This document shows, in pieces, positions 61,005 through 64,000 of a DNA stretch of 64,000 nt (the stretch's first letter is position 1; each line of letters starts with the position of its first letter). A model generated the notes under the pieces. The model saw only the letters and a program-made list of their open reading frames with translations. It did no database searches and was not told the origin of the DNA. The stretch spans positions 192,001-256,000 of the forward strand of contig CAWEJX010000001.1 in the NCBI GenBank assembly GCA_963809485.1, in the 5' to 3' direction. The translations under genes and the position numbers were made by a program. This DNA is from an uncultured Acidobacteriota bacterium (GTDB lineage: Bacteria; Acidobacteriota; UBA6911).

Positions 61005-62463
61005 CAATACTGTTCACTTAACAGTGTAATCTGTGGTATCCTGTCAATAAATTTGACAGGAGGACCACTTATGGCACGAACTATTGCTGAACTCCCCAGC
61101 GGCACACGTATAACCGATTTCATCAGCCTGGGGGTACTGACAAAGACGTTTCCGCCCGCTGCAATCCAGGCTGTGCTCCGCGGTACGGGCAAAGCCAGCG
61201 TAAGACAAAGGGATCTGCCCGCTCACGTGGTTGTCTACTATGTAATCGCATTGGCCTTGTACATGCAGTCCTCCTACCGCGAGGTGCTGCGCTGCCTTTT
61301 TGAAGGCATCCAGTGGCTTCTGGGACCGGGGGCCACTGTCAAGGTGACGGGCAAGTCCGGTATTTCTCAGGCGCGTACACGTCTGGGATGGGAACCACTC
61401 CAGCGATTGCACGACAGGATTGTGAAACCTATTGCTGTCGAGTCGACCCAAGGGGCATGGTATCGCAGGTGGCGTCTGGTCAGCATAGATGGCAGCACTT
61501 TGGATACCGCAGACGAAAAAGATAATGCAAAGTCGTTTGGCCGGCCTTCCGCCAGCCGAGGCAAGAGTGCGTTTCCCCAGATTCGCTTCGTATCCCTGGT
61601 TGAAAATGGAACTCACGTGTTGTTTGGAACCCGGATGGGAGGAGTAGACACGGGAGAGATTACCCTGGCCAAACAAGTATTGTCTTCTTTGGCCAAAGGG
61701 ATGCTGTGTCTTGCCGACCGAAACTTCTTTGGATTTGCGTTGTGGAATCAGGCACGTTCGACCGGCGCAGACCTGCTCTGGAGGGTAAAAAAGAATCTGC
61801 GCCTTCCGTGCGAGAAACGTCTGCCCGACGGCTCGTACCTGAGCAGGATTTATGAGTCGCCCAAGGATCAGCGGCATGGTCAGAATGGAGTGACTGTTCG
61901 CGTTGTCGAATATAGGCTGGAGGGGATTCCCGGAGCCGAACCTATCTACCGGCTGCTGACAACGATTTTGGATCACGAGGCCGCCCCGGCGATTGAGTTG
62001 GCGGCGCTTTATCATGAACGATGGGAAATCGAAACGGCCTTGGACGAACTCAAGACGCATTTGCGCGGCTCCCGGATTGTCTTACGAAGCAAAACCCCAG
62101 ATCTGGTGCAGCAAGAATTTTACGGATTGATGATGGCGCACTTCGCCATCCGCGGACTGATGCACGAGGCGGCGTTGAAGGCCAACGAAGATCCGGATAC
62201 ACTTTCATTCCTGCACGCGGTCCGCGTGGTCCGCAGGAAAATCGCGCGGTTCGCGTCAATTCCCCCCTCGGGACAGGAAAGCATTCCATGAGGCGGTATT
62301 GATGGAGATCCTGCAAGAGCGCGTCGTATCTAGCCGATCGCGGAGCAATCCTCGCGGCCTCAAACGAAAGATGAGCAATTATCCGCTGCGGCCGCGTAAG
62401 CGAGCGAGAACGAAGTGGATAGTGGTTGAGAATCATATCCGACTCATTAAGTGAACAGTATTG
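61005..62463 (+). mobile_element. Complete IS4-family insertion sequence
   Basis: Perfect 17-bp TIR CAATACTGTTCACTTAA; 10-bp TSD GGGCTAAGAC at 60995-61004 and 62464-62473. Confidence 0.95.
61071..62291 (+). CDS. IS4-family DDE transposase
   Basis: SIDGS, LADRNF, Y.ERWEIE...ELK (YREK-type), LRSK.P.LV.QE. Confidence 0.93.
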   Translation: MARTIAELPSGTRITDFISLGVLTKTFPPAAIQAVLRGTGKASVRQRDLPAHVVVYYVIALALYMQSSYREVLRCLFEGIQWLLGPGATVKVTGKSGISQARTRLGWEPLQRLHDRIVKPIAVESTQGAWYRRWRLVSIDGSTLDTADEKDNAKSFGRPSASRGKSAFPQIRFVSLVENGTHVLFGTRMGGVDTGEITLAKQVLSSLAKGMLCLADRNFFGFALWNQARSTGADLLWRVKKNLRLPCEKRLPDGSYLSRIYESPKDQRHGQNGVTVRVVEYRLEGIPGAEPIYRLLTTILDHEAAPAIELAALYHERWEIETALDELKTHLRGSRIVLRSKTPDLVQQEFYGLMMAHFAIRGLMHEAALKANEDPDTLSFLHAVRVVRRKIARFASIPPSGQESIP

Positions 62464-62466
62464 GGG

Positions 62467-63324
62467 CTAAGACTGAAGGATCACATTGGCCGCGCAATGG
62501 GAAAGCACTCGCTCGGTCGTGCTGCCGAACAGCACCTCACGGATGGGGCTATGACCATAGGCCCCCATAACCACAAGGTCAAAGCATCCGGATGTCGCAA
62601 GCTCGCAGATCACGTCCGCGGGCTTGGCGCTGACATGCACCTGTTTCCTTGCACGGACTCCGTGATGCAACAGGAAAGATTCCGCCGGCAAGAGGGTTTC
62701 CTGCCCGATTTCATCCGAGGGAGCTACGGCAATGAGCCTACAATCCACTCCCGGGCGCGCGGTGAGTTCGGCCGCAACCAGCAGGGCACGCGCAGAATGG
62801 CTGCTGCCGTCATACGCAACGAGAATGCTGCGGATATCGCCCTCCTCGCGAAATTCCGACCCGGCGACGAGAACAGGGCGAACCGAACCGCGGATGACAG
62901 GTGCGACCCATCCGTCAACAGTCTCTTCCGCACTGGTGATGCGGCTGTAGCCTGTGCGGGAAAGCACCACGATATCATGGGCTGCCGCCACATGGCTGAT
63001 CACATCTCCCGGGATTCCGGCCTTGATTTCCGAGGAGCATGGGATCCCCCTTGAAGCGCACTGTTCGCTTAGCTGCGCCAGGCGTTGCTCTGCAATTGCG
63101 GTCAAATCATTCATTAAAGCCTGGCTCTCTTTCAATGGAGGCACCATGACCGAGGGCATGAATCCGTCCGGAGTCCCGATCACAGGGACCTCGAAAGCGG
63201 CGATATCGATGACTGAAAGCGCGTGGATACGGCTTCCTTCCTTCCTGGCGAGCCAAAAAGCATAGTTTTTTGCGTTGACATCGTGCGGTGTTTCGGACAA
63301 AACCAGCAGTATAGACCGGATCAT
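62467..63324 (-). CDS. Tandem universal stress protein
   Basis: Two Usp domains; ILVAYDGS, DLVVMGAYGHS...FGSTT. Confidence 0.9.
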   Translation of the reverse strand: MIRSILLVLSETPHDVNAKNYAFWLARKEGSRIHALSVIDIAAFEVPVIGTPDGFMPSVMVPPLKESQALMNDLTAIAEQRLAQLSEQCASRGIPCSSEIKAGIPGDVISHVAAAHDIVVLSRTGYSRITSAEETVDGWVAPVIRGSVRPVLVAGSEFREEGDIRSILVAYDGSSHSARALLVAAELTARPGVDCRLIAVAPSDEIGQETLLPAESFLLHHGVRARKQVHVSAKPADVICELATSGCFDLVVMGAYGHSPIREVLFGSTTERVLSHCAANVILQS

Positions 63325-63392
63325 GGAGCCCTCCTATGAATGCTCAGAGCCACTGGAACTCATGAGCCCTGAAAATTGTTTCCACTTCCTGA

Positions 63393-64000
63393 CTATGCCA
63401 CCCCGAGATCAGACTTAATCCTGAAGAGATTCAGTATGTCGCGACGGGAAACGATGCCCACCAGCCGCCCGTTTTCCACGACAGGCATTCGACCGATATC
63501 GCCGGATACCATTTTCGAGAGCGCTTCGGTCGCGTCATCGGCCGGGCTCAAACAGGGTACGAGTTCGACAGGCGTCATGATGTCCCGGACCTGTTTGAAT
63601 CCCCACAGCTCTTTGGCTATCGTTTTCACTCCCTCCAGCGACACCATGCCGACAAACTCGTCGCGGTTAAAAACCGGGAAATTTGTAAACTGATGTTTGT
63701 AGATGTAGCTCTGCACCAGCTCATCAATCGGAATCAGCCAGTCCACAGACACGACATTTTCGGTCATAATCTGCCGCACCTGCACGCCTGCCAGGGTGCG
63801 CTGCATCATGACCGCCTGATAGCTTCCCACGGCAGACTGTTTCATGAACAGGCCGATGAAGATAAACCATAGTCCGGAAATCAGGCTCTGCGTCACGAGA
63901 AACTGGAGAATGCCGAAAATGATCAGGAACAACGCAAATCCGTTGCCCAGCTGGCTGACTACTTTGGTAGCGCGGGTTAAATCATCCCAACGGTCCCAGA
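63393..64000 (-). CDS. Site-2 protease (M50) with C-terminal CBS pair; 5' part lies outside the window
   Basis: TM segments GLWFIFIGLF followed by two CBS domains (VRQIMT, VRDIMTP, LVGIVSRRDI). Confidence 0.82.
   Translation of the reverse strand, partial: WDRWDDLTRATKVVSQLGNGFALFLIIFGILQFLVTQSLISGLWFIFIGLFMKQSAVGSYQAVMMQRTLAGVQVRQIMTENVVSVDWLIPIDELVQSYIYKHQFTNFPVFNRDEFVGMVSLEGVKTIAKELWGFKQVRDIMTPVELVPCLSPADDATEALSKMVSGDIGRMPVVENGRLVGIVSRRDILNLFRIKSDLGVA

Overview
GC-rich bacterial chromosomal window. It is probably from an anaerobic Acidobacteriota member, inferred from the acidobacterial-type VWA protein, the ECF/FecR/ABC operon and the long-form HflX. It holds about 50 genes, mostly metabolic or housekeeping: YvcK-like, moaB, cstA/ybdD, a B12 radical SAM enzyme, lhr, cobB, emrA/tolC-like, an HcrA-like molybdoenzyme operon with XdhC, a DASS transporter, an isocitrate/isopropylmalate dehydrogenase, a CoA-transferase III plus citryl-CoA lyase pair, aroK/aroQ, comM (frameshifted), hflX, a GH3 glucosidase, a Tat amidase with mpl, emfourin, an intact IS4 element, Usp and a site-2 protease. 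The most notable hidden features are: (1) a probable exported selenoprotein (39404-41161) split by an in-frame TGA in a U-D-G-C motif and followed by a SECIS-like hairpin; (2) three non-autonomous IS200-type elements in which tnpA is replaced by nested palindromic cargo; (3) an ABC permease carrying a circularly permuted discoidin/CBM32 domain; (4) a likely non-canonical ATC start for hflX. No rRNA, tRNA or CRISPR array was recognised. All family calls come from motif recognition by eye, not database searches.
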